From Mytilus trossulus (Eukaryota), in the NCBI RefSeq assembly GCF_036588685.1, contig NC_086381.1, positions 37,944,001 to 38,008,000 of the forward strand: a stretch of DNA of 64,000 nt, written 5' to 3'. Shown here piece after piece: positions 38,031 through 53,100 of the stretch (position 1 is the first letter of the stretch; every line of letters begins with the position of its first letter). A program made the position numbers and the translations under genes. The notes beneath the pieces are model-generated. The model was given only the letters and a program-made list of their open reading frames with translations. It had not been told where the DNA came from and did not search any database.

Positions 38031-41000
38031 TTAACATTCCTTTAGAAAATAAAGGGAACTCTGTTTTATTCTAAAAGTATGTTTGTTTCTCTTTGTGGTT
38101 GATCATCGGAATATTCCTATCATTAAACGGTGTGCCATACTACATGAAAAGCTTAAATATGCATTACACCTATTATAACATCGGATTGTAAGTTATTTTA
38201 AGTATTCTTGTTAACATGTTATTTGTAGACGAAATTTCCCTAATGATAACATTACGGGTCATATGTCATTGCACCAGATACCCATTTCGACAAGTACTTC
38301 TTTTCAATGATGTTGAAGTCTAAAATATTTGAATGTCAAAATTCTAATGCAATGCTAATATCCACTGAACCAATATTAACATTTATTAATCTTATTGCAT
38401 GGATATATATGTTCGGTAGTGAGTTGTGAAAGTCGTGAATTCGGTGATGAATGTATACCTATTGGGATTAATCATAACAATCAGAAGATGCAGTTTACTA
38501 GTATACTAATGTAATGTGGCTCTGCCTTTGATCTCATTTTTATCTACAATTGTAACCAGTGATATGGGGGTTTATATCAATAATTAGTTCATAAATATTT
38601 ATTTATTCATATCAAATCAATGATGTTTGACCGACTTTGAACAAATGTCATTTATTGTATTTAATATTAGATATTGAACATATGTTCCCCTCAATTCTTC
38701 ATGCATTCTTACCAGTATCAGCGTGAAAGTTGAATTATTTATGTTAAACAGTCACCCAAGTTTAATCTGCTCAATCAAAAATACATTCATTCGACATACG
38801 CATTATCTACATTGTATTCATGATTGAATATGTTTATTTGTTCACGTCTTCAAAACAAGGAAACTTCAAAAGTTGATATATAACTACATCAGATTTTGAA
38901 AAAAGAAATTCACCAGTTAGAAGATAGGCAATATAGAATCCTTAGAAACTATTTAAGTTTGCATTATGTATAGCACCTGAAAAAGTATATTGTGTGTCAT
39001 GCTAGTCGTATCCTTTAGTTCAGGTTCCGATATATAGATAACTAAATAATACAAAGTTTGGTGACTATGTCATAAGCGCATCTAGATCTAAGAACTTGAT
39101 ATAAAGGATTCACAAGATTCAGGTAAGACTGCGTTATATCTTGACATACATCTAGAAATTTCTAATACCGGTTTCATATGGAAAAAGGTACAGCACATAT
39201 ATCATATATGACAGATCAACACTAACCTCAAAAACAAACAACAAATTTCTCTATGCGAATGGAATTTTGTATAGGTAATCATGGTCTTAAATTATGTTGT
39301 GCATAAAAAGCTGCCGAATTACAAAAATATTCTCAGAAACTTATCATAGATACCAGATTTAAAATTGAATACACTAGACTCGCTTATTTTTTTTATTGTC
39401 AACGACTTGACAAAAAACAGTTTTGTTAAAACACAATTTATAATTATGAGCATATCAACGATAACACATACTAACATTGGTTTTGAAGAGATATGTTAGT
39501 TCATTCTTAACATACAATATATTTTGAGTATACAACGAGTATTCAAATCTGACGATACAAAAGACACACTTACAGAATACAAGTGCAATAATTTTTACAA
39601 CATGTAATAAGTCCATTAACTCTTGCAATGTATACTGTTACCAAAGATAAACAAGGGCGTCAAACGAATTAACAGTTAAACAGATATTGCAATCTATCTT
39701 GTGTCAGTCTGTTCGAAAACAAAAATAAAAATACCAAAAAAAATAATTGATTTTTTTTACTTTAAATATTATTATTGTTGTTCTTTTTTATTTAACTTCC
39801 TTACAAAATACTCTGTCATCACTTTTTACAAGCTGTCATTGTTAATTGTTAAGTTTGATTAACTTCAATTGAGTCTGATAATCAATATCTTCACATAACT
39901 CTTATGATTTATTAAGACAATAGGAGACAGAGAAAACCCAGAGTTGTATGGTGAATATAGTCAGAACGTGTTTTTTTTCTAGTTTCATTATTTTTAGGAA
40001 TTTTAAATACACGGGAAATTTAGAGAAGTCACAAATTCACCCTTTTTCTCTTGTTATTGTAGCCCTTGGATCGTGTAAACTTCCCAAAAAACGTGTATGG
40101 GATAATGGCATATGGCATATGGTGCAATGTTGTAAGGTATATGGTGCTATGGTGTAAGGGGAATGGTGTAATGGTGTTTGAGGAATGGTGTTATTGTGAA
40201 ACGTGCGATCGGGAATGGTGTGAATGATGGTGTACGACATTTCATTGATTGAAAACGAAGTTCTTTTTCTTTAATTTTTCGTATAGTAAACATAAACAAT
40301 AATAATAATCTTAACATTTAAAATTTAATTACATTATGGGTAATTTCGGATTGTGTAGATAAAATGGGGAATGGTGTAATCTGTAAGGTGTATAGTGCAA
40401 AGGTGTAACGTGTATAGTGTAATGGTGTAATGGTGTATGGTGTTAGTGGGAAGTTTAAACCATCAAAGGACTGTTACATTAAATAAAAGGATGATCATCT
40501 CGTTTCTATATCCTAGATACCTAACCTGCTCAAACTCCTCAGAGAACGATATTTAGTCATGTTCTCGAAATATTATATTTTTTTTAAGTTTGTGCAATAA
40601 TTCTACTGACAGTTTTTGTCTGAAGTCTTGTCAACTTTAAACCTACCAAATTAGACTATTTAACGAATGTGTAATCTCATAAGCAACACGACGGGTGCCA
40701 CAGGTGGAACAGGATATACCTACCCTTTCGGAGCAACTGAGATCACCCTTAGTTATTGAAGGGGTTCGTGTTGTTAATTCTTTAGTTTTCTATGTTGTAT
40801 CATTTAAAATTGAGAATGGAAATGGGGAATGTATCAAAGAGACAACAACCCGACCATAGAAAAAACAACAGCGGAAGGTCACCAACAGGTCTTCAATGTA
40901 ACGAGAAATTCCCGCACCTGGAGGTATCCTTCAGCTGGCCCCTAAACAAATATATACTAGTTCAGTGATAATGAACGCCATACTAATTTAATTAATTAAA

Positions 41001-43985
41001 CTATTGTTTGTCTGTTTTTCATTTTCCTTTTTAGCCATGGTGTTGTCAGTTTATTTTCGAATTATGGGTTTGACTGTCCCTCTGGTATCTTTCGTCCTTT
41101 TTTTTATATCGATCTGATAACTCCAGCCATTTTTAACGGATTTTTACAGTTTGTTCTGATGTTTTGTTATTTCACCACGGTCTCCAGTTAGAGAGTTAGG
41201 GTGCTCATAGACATGTTAAAGCCTATAACTTACTTAACATGCTTAATGTGCCTGCTCCTAGGCAGGAATTTATATTTTATTAGTTGTCGTTGGTTCATTA
41301 TCTATCATATTAGTTGTTTTGAGATATGTTTTGTTATAATAACGTTAGTGGTACCAATTTTCCTGCACCAGATGCTCGTGGCCAAAATATTTGAACTTGC
41401 AAAGCTTATATAATAGTTGAAGAGCTATAATCCAAAAGTATAGCCAAATCCGTGACAGAAATCAGAGCTTTGCATGAGGGAGATACATTGCTTAATTTAT
41501 AATAATTTCTAACATTTGGTAACAGAAAATTTAAATAACACAAAAAATCCGTATTTTCATGCTAGTACCGAAGTAATGGCAACTGGAATGGTGATGTCCT
41601 CGGAGACTAACAGTCCACCAGCAGAGGATTCGACCAAGTGATAGTAATAACATAAACGGTACCAATGTTCCTGCACATATAAACTAGGCCTTTACTTATC
41701 ATTGATTCGTTTGATATTTTTCATTTCGAACTTTTAGCATTTGACTATACGGTATGGTATTTTTTTCTCAGGGCTGAAGGACGAACAATTGCTTATTAAT
41801 GCATAAATCAACTGAAATTTAAGTTTAGACGATCTTATCACATCTCCTTGTTTTCATAAAGATTGTCTTCAGAAATTTGAAATGAGGTATATTCAAGTAA
41901 AAGAAATCTATCAATCTACTGCAGAATATCATTTCAATCCTTACATTGTTGCAGAAATATCATTTTTTTTTTACTGCTCTTATAATTTTGTGTATGCAAA
42001 ATTGAAGGTTCGAAGAATCTTCTCTTTTAACACAATGTTTCAACAAATTATGGTACGCACAAACACATTTCTTGTTTGGGATCATGGATAAAGACAACAG
42101 TAGTATAAACATATCCGCGTTACAAACTTAATCTGAGGGAAACACATCAAATATTATAAGAGGAGAACAACGACACGACAGAACAATTTTATCGTGTGAG
42201 GAAGGGCACTGATTCAATAAATAAAAATTCACCGCAAATGCTACCATCAAAGTGTTACATGTGTTATACCTTTTTTATCAACAAAATATTTGTTGACTTA
42301 GTGAATTGATATTGTAACAGATAGTCAGTATTCCAATGAATACTTATTCGATGTATGTCCTAGACGTTTTGATACTCATTTAGTATCTTTATATAAATTT
42401 AGACTGATGGTTTTCCTGTTTCAATTGTTTTACACTAATCATTCTTGGGTTCTTGATAGCTTGATATTCGGTGTGAGCCTTATATTGACTTTTTCAATAA
42501 AATCAAATAACGCATGTTCGATGTGCAGGTTTAGTTAATCCTATTAATCAATCATTTACTTGAAAACAATATATCCCGAAAACGACAAAAAAATTATTGT
42601 AAACTGCATGATAAGTTATTCATCTAATTTTTATTCTATATCATAGCTACCTGACTAAACTTTTAACTTTGGTAGTTAATTATTTAAATTTTTTCCCTCA
42701 TATTCATGTCAACAAACCTTTCCATAGTTAGATAATCACAAGTTTGCTGAATGCTATCCTGGCGTTTGGTGTTTTTTTAATAGTCGAGAAAACAAATATG
42801 AAAACAAAAGTTGATTATTTTAGTGGAAATACACGCGGCAGAAAACCTTAGTGCAGTAAAGTGGAAGTATTTTGCTTTTACTTGTATATAGATTGATTTT
42901 ATACTCATTTTTCTTTGTATTGATTTCCTTCCTATTATTGAGTATTCTATCTTTTTATTATTAATATTTTAGGATTCGTATACACTTTTTTTATAATTAG
43001 TATTCGTTCCTATCTGAAATGTTCAATTTCGAGATATATTTTCATTATACGGATCTGATGAATACGTTATCTAAATTCAACCATAATATTCGTTATGAAT
43101 TTAGTTCCGTATCAATATTTGAAAAATCTAAATTTTAATGTAATCCGATAGGTAGATACAATGTAGTATGCAAATTAAACTATTTGTCTCGTCTTTCTCT
43201 TACAAATTTTTTACTGCAATTTAAAATTCGGCCAAACATGTTTTAAATAAATCTTTAGAGCAAATATTTTTGTTGAGATAAACTCGCATTATTATCCAAG
43301 TGTTATACATTTTAATAGGATATAAGGAGTCAACTTTTGCATTGTTCACTAAAACTTTAAGTCTATTTTCTAGACAAGAATATCAGAAAATGATGAATCT
43401 CTATTAAAGACATTAATATGTACCTCATGAATTTAAAAGTATACCGTCAAAGATAATATAATGTTCTGGTTGTAAAAGTAAAAAGAAATTCTCCTCAAGG
43501 TCAATTCAAAATTGATAACAATTGTGCACGATTGATTATTCCATCTAATATACAAAAAAGCATAATCACTTACAAAAATAATTTGTCAAACGTTGTTAAA
43601 GTAAGTGATACAGTTCTAAAATGAAATTATAAATCATTTTGATCTCTGAGACAACTACTAAGCTGTGGCGAATCTCTGAGACTACTAAGCCATGGCGAAT
43701 AAAAAATTGTAAAACAAAACCTGATAGGGAGGTATACCAATCAAAAACTACACAATTGGTTGAAGATAAATGAACTTTCGTTGAGAATTCTGGAGTTATC
43801 TATCTGTTTTTAAACAGTCGTGGAATGGTTGAATGTTTTCAGTTTGTAATGTTCACTCTGGAAATTATAGATTAAATAAAAACAACAAGCATATTAATCA
43901 ATACCATTATGTTAAATTTAATCCACACTATATTTGAAAGATATCTGTCTGTTGGTGTTTATAGCGGAGTAGCCATTGCTTGGAA

Positions 43986-44154
43986 CTAAGGGCATCTCAG
44001 TCGCATACATGAACAACATTGCGGCAATCGGATACGTCTTCGCACTAAACCGGACCTTGAGCACCAAATATAATAATAATATGACCTCCATGTACTCTGT
44101 CTGCAGGCAGTGATTCCTGAATATGCTTCCTTTACTCCTTGACAACCCCTAGAT
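43986..44154 (-). CDS. Paralogue D coding exon 5
   Basis: ttttatag acceptor; lies within ORF 43986..44180. Confidence 0.9.
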
Positions 44155-47100
44155 CTATAAAAATATATGTATCGTGTCAAATGGAAGCTTTTTCGAGAAC
44201 AGTAAAACCACCCATATTTCTGATACCGGATTAAATGATATATATATATATGATTTCTTGCAAATCAAATTATAAATGCCGAATTATGTATGATGCAACA
44301 AAGAAATGAACACTAACACATACTGTATTCGGAAATGATTCCATTTTAATTCATAAATTTTAATTCAATACATGACATCATTAGCATTCTGAACATTAGT
44401 CACGCGTTTCAAATCTTTTTTTGAAAAGCAACTTCTCATATTTAACCTTATGCCATGCGTTTAAATAGAACATACTGAATTGAACTGTGCGTGGTTTTTC
44501 TGTAGCAGTAAAAAAGTAATTTTTAACAACAATCACACAACTTTCATGAATATTACTCACGTGCAGGCAGTGTAGGGACAACGTAGACGATACCATGGAG
44601 AAAGCATCCAGCATGTTTGTCCTTTGTATACGATGGTTTTTGGAAAGTAAAAGTACTTTGTGTATTTTGGGCACGTATCAAGCCAGAAAGGAACAGGTCT
44701 AGGTGAAACAGATGATTTGTCAACAGGTTTTACATCAGCAGTTCTAAAAAGATACAATTGTATTAAATGAACTAAATATGTGCCTATTGTTATGCGTTAA
44801 CTTTTCTACATTGGTTTGATGTATATGGGGAGGATTGAGATCGCTTAAACATGTTTGACCCGGCCGCATTTCAGCGCCTGTCCCAATTCAGGAGCCTCTA
44901 GCCTTTTTAAGTCTTGTATTATTTTTACTTTTAGTTTCTTATGTACAATTTGAAATTTAGTTTGGCTAAGGTAATCTTGCCTGGGATAAGAAAATCCTTA
45001 TTTTTTCGAACATTTCAAAGTTTTGCTAGCAGAAAATTTATAACAATGACCACAGTATTGATATTCATGTCAACACCGAAGTGAGACTACTGGGCTGGTG
45101 ATACTCTCGGGGACCAAACGTCCACCAGCATTGGGATCGACCCAGTTGTGTAAATAATTATCAAAGGTACCAGGATTATAATTTAGTTCGCCAGACGCGC
45201 GTTTCGTCTACAAATGACTCGTCAGTGACGCTCAGATCAACATAGTTGTATCGTCAAATGTGTACGAAGTTGAAAAGTATTGAGGACCTAAAATTTCAAA
45301 AATGTTGTGCCAAATACGGCTAAGGTAATCTATGCCTGGGATAAGAAAATCCTTAGTTTTTCGAAAAACTCAAAGTTTTGTTAGCAGGAAATTAAAAAAA
45401 ATGACCACATTATTGATATTCAAGTCAACACCGAAGTGGGACTACTGGGCTGGTGATACCCTCGGGGACCAAACGTCCACCAGAATTGACATCCACCCAG
45501 TGGAAATAGTTATCAAAGGTACCAGGATTATAATTAAGTACGCCAGACGTGCGTTACGTCTACAAAAGACTCGTCAGTGACGCTCAGATCAAAATAGTTG
45601 TATCGTCAAACATGTACGAAGTTGAAGAGCATTGAGGACCTACAATTACAAAAATGTTGTGCCAAATACGGATAATTTGTCTGTTCTATGGTCGGGTTGT
45701 TGTTTCTTTGACACATTCCGCATTTCCATTCTCAATGTTAAAATTGACTGCTTAAAGTATCATTTTCCTTAGTTATAGATTATATATTTAAAATAACAGA
45801 TGATACTATAACATACATTATGCGGCAGTAAACGTTTTATGAAATTTAGATTTACAGCGCTTTCGGAAGACAAAACAAAGAATTAAACGAACAATCAGTG
45901 CTCACTATAACAAAGAAAAAAGAAAAACACAAACAAACTGAGCACACGACAATGACTAGAAAGTATATACATGTACATTGGAATACCAGTTTCACTTTGT
46001 AAATTCTGAACAAAACTGGTTACAAAATACGTATTGATATTTTCATATTCTGTGTACTTAAACATTTAAAGTAGAAGATTTTCATAAAATAGGTAATCTT
46101 AGAGGCATGCTTTTTTATTAGTTGTTAATGGCTTTGAACTAGCTGTCTGATAACTGCGAGTACTCTCAGATCTATTGATTTTGTGTCGGGATGTATAAGT
46201 ACCCGGCCACGTCCACTTGTATTTTTTGTCTATCTGATGAGTTAAGCCTTTTTCTACTGATTTTTATAGTTCGTTCTTATGTTGTACTGTTATACCACTG
46301 TCCCAGGTTATGGGAGGGTTGGGATCCCGCTAACATGTTTAACCCCGCCACATTATTTATGTATGTGCCTGTCCCAAGTCAGGAGCCTGTAATTCAGTGG
46401 TTGTCGTTTGTTTATGTGTTACATATTTGTTTTTCGTTAATTTTTTTACATAAATAAGGCCGTTAGTTTTCTCGTTTGAATTGTGTTACATTGTCTTATC
46501 GGGGCCTTTTATAGTTGACTATATGCGGTATGGGCTTTGCTCATTGTTGAAGGCCGTACGGTGACCTATAATTGTTAATGTTTGTTTTATTTTGGTCTTT
46601 TGTGAATAGTTGTCTCATTGGCAATCATACCACATCTTCTGTTTTATAAGTTCATAATCAGATGAAGTTTTGTATGTACATACGTATATGCAAAACCTAA
46701 TATTCCATCATTGAATGAAAATGAAATGTTCACGCACCGGTGTAAATTTGTATTGAACTTCTTTATTTTAGTTGATCGTTTCACTGTCATATTCAAATTC
46801 TGGATCGAAATTATTTTCAAAGGAAATGATTGAAAATTTAAAAGATTCTTTATTGGCAAATCGGAGATTTTGATTCACAAAAAGACATACGTTTCTTTGT
46901 AGTTCATAATTGCTTTATACTAACTGGTATTGCTTTTTTGTGAACGTATGTGCTATAAAATAAACTCATCATAGATACCAGGAATGTCATTTTATATTTA
47001 CGCCAGACGCGCGTTTCGTCTACAGAAGACTCATTAGTGACGCTCAGATCAAAATAGTTATAAAGCCAAACAAGTATAAAGTTGAAGAGCATTAAGAACC

Positions 47101-50100
47101 AAAAAAATCTAAAAGTGTTGCCAAAGAAAGCTAAGGTGATCTATTCCTGGGATAAGAAAATCCTTTGTTTTTTTTCAAAAAACTCAAAGTCTTGAAACAG
47201 AAAATTTATAAAAACCACCATATAAATGATATTCATGTCAACATCGAAGTGCTGACTTCTGGGCTGGTGTATAAAATTTGTAAACACTTACTTGTGTCTG
47301 TATGTTTCACAAAAACCGTGTCCATGACCTCTAGCAAAATGAAGATCGTGTCTGTTCCTTCTTCGGGACTTAAATATAGCTCTTCTTATAGATGCACTGA
47401 AAATACATGCATGTACAGTTATTAAACAACCTGACAGCTGCCACATGTGGAGCAGGATCTGCTTACCCTTCCGGAGCACCTAAGATCACCCCCAGTTTTT
47501 GTTGGGGTTCGTGTTGCTTAGTCTTTTGTTTTCTATGTTGTGCCTTCAGTACTATTATTTGTCTATTTGTCTTTTTATTGGCGTTTTCAATTTATTTTCT
47601 ATCTATGAGCTTGACTCTCCCTTTGGTATCCGTCGTCTCTCTTTTGTTAGGGAATTATAGTTTAGTCAAAATAAATGAAAAAGGATCGGGTTTTTTTCGA
47701 ATGCGAGGTGATGCTAGTTTTTCTTCTTGAGATACAGTTTAACACAAATTTTATCTGTTTTAGCAGTAGAAAATTGATTTTAAGTCGTTTATTCGGGTTG
47801 GTGATTTGTTTAAACTGTCTATGATATATTTGTGTTTTCATTAATTGGCGAATGCCTTATGTTGTTTACAAGGTATTCGGGAACAAGTCCTTCTTATAAT
47901 ATTGGGTCATATGTAATATATTCTAACATTTCTTACATTTCATTATTTCTTAAGTGATTGTTTAAGGATATATATAAAATCATATTCAAAACAGTGTGGT
48001 CCTGGCCATTGATTGACGACCTAAATTATCCCAATTGACTGGGACAGATTAGGTGAACGTTTGTCGGTAACAATCACTGCTCACTATGTACTTGTTAAAG
48101 ACACTGAATCTGTGGGGTCACCAAAGGTTCTCAACACCTAAATTAAGCAATTCGAAAAACGAATCCGGAATAATACGATGTGTTGATTTGTATTAATAAT
48201 ATAAATCAAAACATAAAGGTTATTCCTGAATAATTTTTCGAATTATTTTATTATTAAAGGTGTTAACCTTTGGTGACCCCACAGTTTAAATTCTATAATA
48301 AGTAAGAAGTGAGCAATGGTCGTTACAGACAAACGTTCACCTAATCTGTCCCAGTCAATAGGATAATTTAGGTCGTCAATCAATGGCCAGGACCACACTG
48401 TTTTGAATATGATTCTATATATATGTGTTACATATGGCTATGATCCATTTGTTAGAATAACAACACAAATCCGCCCTGCTTTTCTCGGTATACATGGTAT
48501 AACATAATCAAATGAAACTCATAGTTGTTCATACAATGACTTATCATTTTTTATCTTTCCAGAATCACCTCAATTTACTCATGCTTAGTAGTAAGGTTGC
48601 ATGGTGCTGTTAAATATTCAGTTTCTGCTAAATGTGATTTTGAAATTGCTGGTTGTCTACTTTATATTTACTAAATCCATGTAGTTAACCTTTTTCCACA
48701 CATATTATGATTCGTTCAAATACAGAATTTAAATATTGGGACCACACCCTAGAACACTACAACTCCATTTCTATAAAATAACGTCTTTATTTAATTTTTG
48801 CCATCTTGAAAAAACGCTTAGATGCTAGCAACCTGATAGAATTCACAACTTTTGTTTTGGTGAAGTGTTTACTTGTTTTAACAATGCTAAATGTACTTAC
48901 GTTGGATATCTGCCGGAACGTCTTGCTTCAACCAACTCCTCTATGTGTATTTGTTTTGGTCCAGTGCAAACCCTGTTAGGAGTAGGTTTTGGAGCAATAT
49001 TAGGAACAGGAGTAGGAGTAGTAGTTGTAGGAGGATTCGTAGTTGAATCTGTGTAAAGAGCAGAGGTAGAAGGAGGAGTAGGAGGAGGAGAAGGAGGAGG
49101 CATGCCACCATGAATAACTGATGGCACGTAGATGACAAAAATCACTAAACGTAATGTGATGTGCAGCCTCTGAAATAAAAATAAAATTGATCTGTAAATA
49201 ATCTCCATTTGTTTTTTGTTTAAGGTAACGTTATTTTGGCGAATGTGATATACCTAAGTATCTCAGACATTTAAAACAAATTAAAATCTATTAGTATAAA
49301 ATTTAATAGATAAAATGTCTAATAACATTTAAAAATAGATTTCGATGCGATAGTTATAACTTAAAATTAACGTTCTTGAAACGCTTTGGGTACGCATGTG
49401 GTAAAATATGAATATATTGCCAGGGCAATTCTGTTTGTACTCCCACGTCATATGCGTTCTTATGAATGAGGTACCCGACGTCATGGAAAGATGACGTAAG
49501 AAATATAAGCATTTTACGGAAAAACTGAAAATCATCACAACAAGAAAAGTTGTGCTAGGCGTATTTCAGCTGACCCCTAGACAAAAAAGTGTACTGGTTC
49601 AGCGATTATAGACGTAATACTAAACTCCGAAACATAACAATGAACTAAAATCAAAATCATAGAAGACTTAGAAGGACAGAGGCTCCTGGATTGGGACAGG
49701 CGCACAAATGCGGCGGGGTTTAACATGTTTCGTGAGATCACAACCCTCCCCTATACCTCTAGCCAATGAAGAATGAAAAACACACAGTAATACGAACAGT
49801 AAAACGCACTTCAGTAGGAAATACAAGTCCTATGTCAGAATAGGAAACAAACTAAGAAACTAATTAACATGCATGACAATGATAAAAAAATAACAAAGGA
49901 CTACTATACATAAGGCTAGCAGTTACTGGCATACGCCAGCTCCAGACCTCAATTAAACTAATTGAAAGGTTTTATATGTCCTCATTATGCACACTCTCTC
50001 CCCGTTGCATTTATTGCTAATTTGTTCCGGAACATTCATGAAATATTTGTCACTGGCAACAACAAAAAATCGAAAATTTAAAATAGGTTGTTTACATACA

Positions 50101-53100
50101 AATTACTAAGAAACGTAAGATTCAACTTCCGAGGACAAAGTTGCCCTTATAGATGGATTTGAATATGTTTTAACTTTACGTTGTTCAAACACCTCTTTAA
50201 TTGTTTCGTTCTTATTTTGCTTGAATTTCAAATTTCAGTTTTAGCGTTCCGTATGTGAATTCTTTACTTCAAATTCAGCGTTTAACATTGTACTGGTTTT
50301 TCGAGAGCGACATTGGTGTACGGCCAAAAATGGAAAAAATCCATCATGCAGCTGACATGAGGCTTCTCTTTGCACGCCCCATTCTGATTGGGTGTACATG
50401 TGAGTTTGCTAAAAGTCGATTGTCGTACGATAACTTCAAAATACCCAAATAACAAAATGCAAATACGGGACAGTAATATCCTTTCATACAAAAAAATCTA
50501 TTCCTTTTGTTTACTATAATAAAACAGTGGTTGATTTAGAACTTTAGGTTAGGTTAGTATTTTAAAAGTTTGTACAAATTTCTAAACTATCAAATTTATA
50601 AACGATATTTTGAAATTTTGATATTTTAAAACTTTGATCAAAATTCCAAAAATCTAAAATTTCAAAACTTTTTAAAACTTTGAATTGATAAGTGTTGCAC
50701 GGACCTATAAGCCAATTACTTTTATACATATGATACATAAAAGTAAACTATCATTTAAATTCATCCAAAACTATCTAAATACGTTATGGTAAATAGTTTA
50801 AGCATGTCACTAATTTAGTTTGCTACATTCTTTTACGCCAATTAAATAGTGCGTTTAATTATGGGAACGGCAAATATTATCCTCCACCTAGAGCGCTTCG
50901 ATCCAAAAGAATTGCCGTATTTGTCCTATTAGAATATAATTAATTCATATGGGCTTGCATATATCGTGATTTCGCTTAGCGCAAAATATTTACCGTATAA
51001 GTTTATATTAACTGAGAACGATTTCTGTTTGTTAAACTAACCTCCATACGAAATAAATCGTGTACCTTTTGAAATCACATAGAATCATATTATGAAACGC
51101 AAGGTCAAAAGTTATGTCTACAGTGGATTCTATTTCTTGCCCAAATTTTAAATATATCTTAATATACCATTAGATGATTTAGAACTTCAACTAATTGTTT
51201 ATCTCCTACCTTGAGAAAGGCACATTCAAAAATAAAATGGTTTTGAAATTACTTTTTTAGCGTCCTTAACTTTACGGGCCAATTTAAACACAACGCAGAG
51301 TGCAGGATATTCTCGCTGCATTGAAGACCCATTGGTGGCCCTCGGATGTTGTCTGCTCTGTGGTCGGGTTGTTGTCTCTTTGACACATTCCCATTTATTT
51401 TTTTCAATTGTATATCTAGAAGAGGGGCGAATGCTACCAGAGGAAATTTAAACTCGACATATGAAATTGCATGTCTCTTTTTGTATCTTAACCTTATTAG
51501 TATATCTACCTACAATTTACAGCAATTTATTATAAAGATTGATTTTCGTTTAGGTAAGACGAGATGTTGGCAAGCAAGTTATGCAAAGCATAAATGTAAC
51601 ATTACAAAGATTTCAATTTCCAAAGAGAAAGTTAATAGAAAATATTTCTTTTGAATTGTACAAATAAAATATTTAAATCACAATCAGTATTTTATTTCAG
51701 CTCAGAACGAAATTTAAAAAAAATACAACAAAACTCTATATGCCCTTCCACAAGGTACAGCATATGTCTTTTCATATTGGTTTACAGTAAACATTACTGT
51801 TTAACATATTCTTTAGAAAAAAGTAAAACTACCAAAATACTGAACTCCGATAAATATTCAAAACGAAAAGGCCGTACTCAATAAGAAAAACCAAATGCTC
51901 AAACACAACAAACGACCTGCATTGGTACATGCATTTTCATATGTAGAACATAGTGGATTAATTCTGATTTTATAACTGGAAATATATTTTTGAAAATAAA
52001 AATATACCGACAAATTGTTTTATCCTGATTTAGAGTAAGTTTCTCGCAATTTGATTGGCTGATATTTTTCTAATAAATGTCAGTACATTTTTTTATTACG
52101 TCAATAGGAATTATTTCCCTTATTTAGTACGTCAATTGGGATTATCTCCCTTCTACCATTGACATAATATTTTTTTTTTTAAATGAGTTGCTTCATAGTC
52201 CTAATATTTTAATTTTTCACACTTTTAGATTAAATATCTAAAATAAATTTGGTTGATGTTGTCATTAAATTGAATTTAAATATAATAATATGTAATATAA
52301 CAAAATCAGGATAAATTCGTTACACGGTGTTCAATTGTCCTAACACGAAATTTTTCGGGTCAATAAAATTCATATCGGGTTTGGCTTTGTCTCACCCGAT
52401 ATGAATTTTATTGACCCGATAAATTCTCGTATTAGGACAATTACACACTGTGTAACTAATATTATCATTCTGTAGCGTCTGGCTTACAAAATGAAAATGA
52501 TTGGTATATCTCATAAAACAACTTCGGTCGATGCTACATGCATGTACTACTATTGGAAGTATCGCCCCCGAGGTTATTACAAGTTAACATTTTTGTCTGC
52601 CACGAAATGCAATTGATAAGTTCACAGTCTGTCAATTAATCGATATATCGTTAATACAATGTTGAATTATTTGAAATATGAAGCTATTTGATCGTCTAAT
52701 GTCCAAAAGATTCATTTGCGGTTCTTAATGCTTTTCAATTTTGTAATTGATTCGGCCTTACAATAGTTGTATTTAATCGGCACTGATAAGTCTGATGTGG
52801 CCTTCAATTCGTGACCATAATGGTTATATAGAGATCGACGTATGTCAAAGACGTTGGTATCATTAGCGTAATACTAGGAGCTTCGGTACTGACTTGTTTG
52901 TTAAACTGAATTTAAAAATTAGTAAAATAACTAAGGTTTCATCAGGCAAAAATTACCGTAGATGGATCTGATTTTGTTGTGTGTCCCCTTTTAGCAAGAA
53001 TATATTATATTTAATTGTCATTTTATAGATTCACTGTTTGCAAAAGTATGGATTATTTGAAATACTAAGAATTTTCTTATACCAGGCATTACCTTAGCCG

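Noticed and set aside
40090-40450. TGGTGTAA-type low-complexity tracts giving His/Thr/Pro ORF 40037..40240, a possible fifth paralogue exon 2
   Set aside because: No signal peptide, no GKYP motif and no downstream knot exons; it looks like a degenerate simple repeat.
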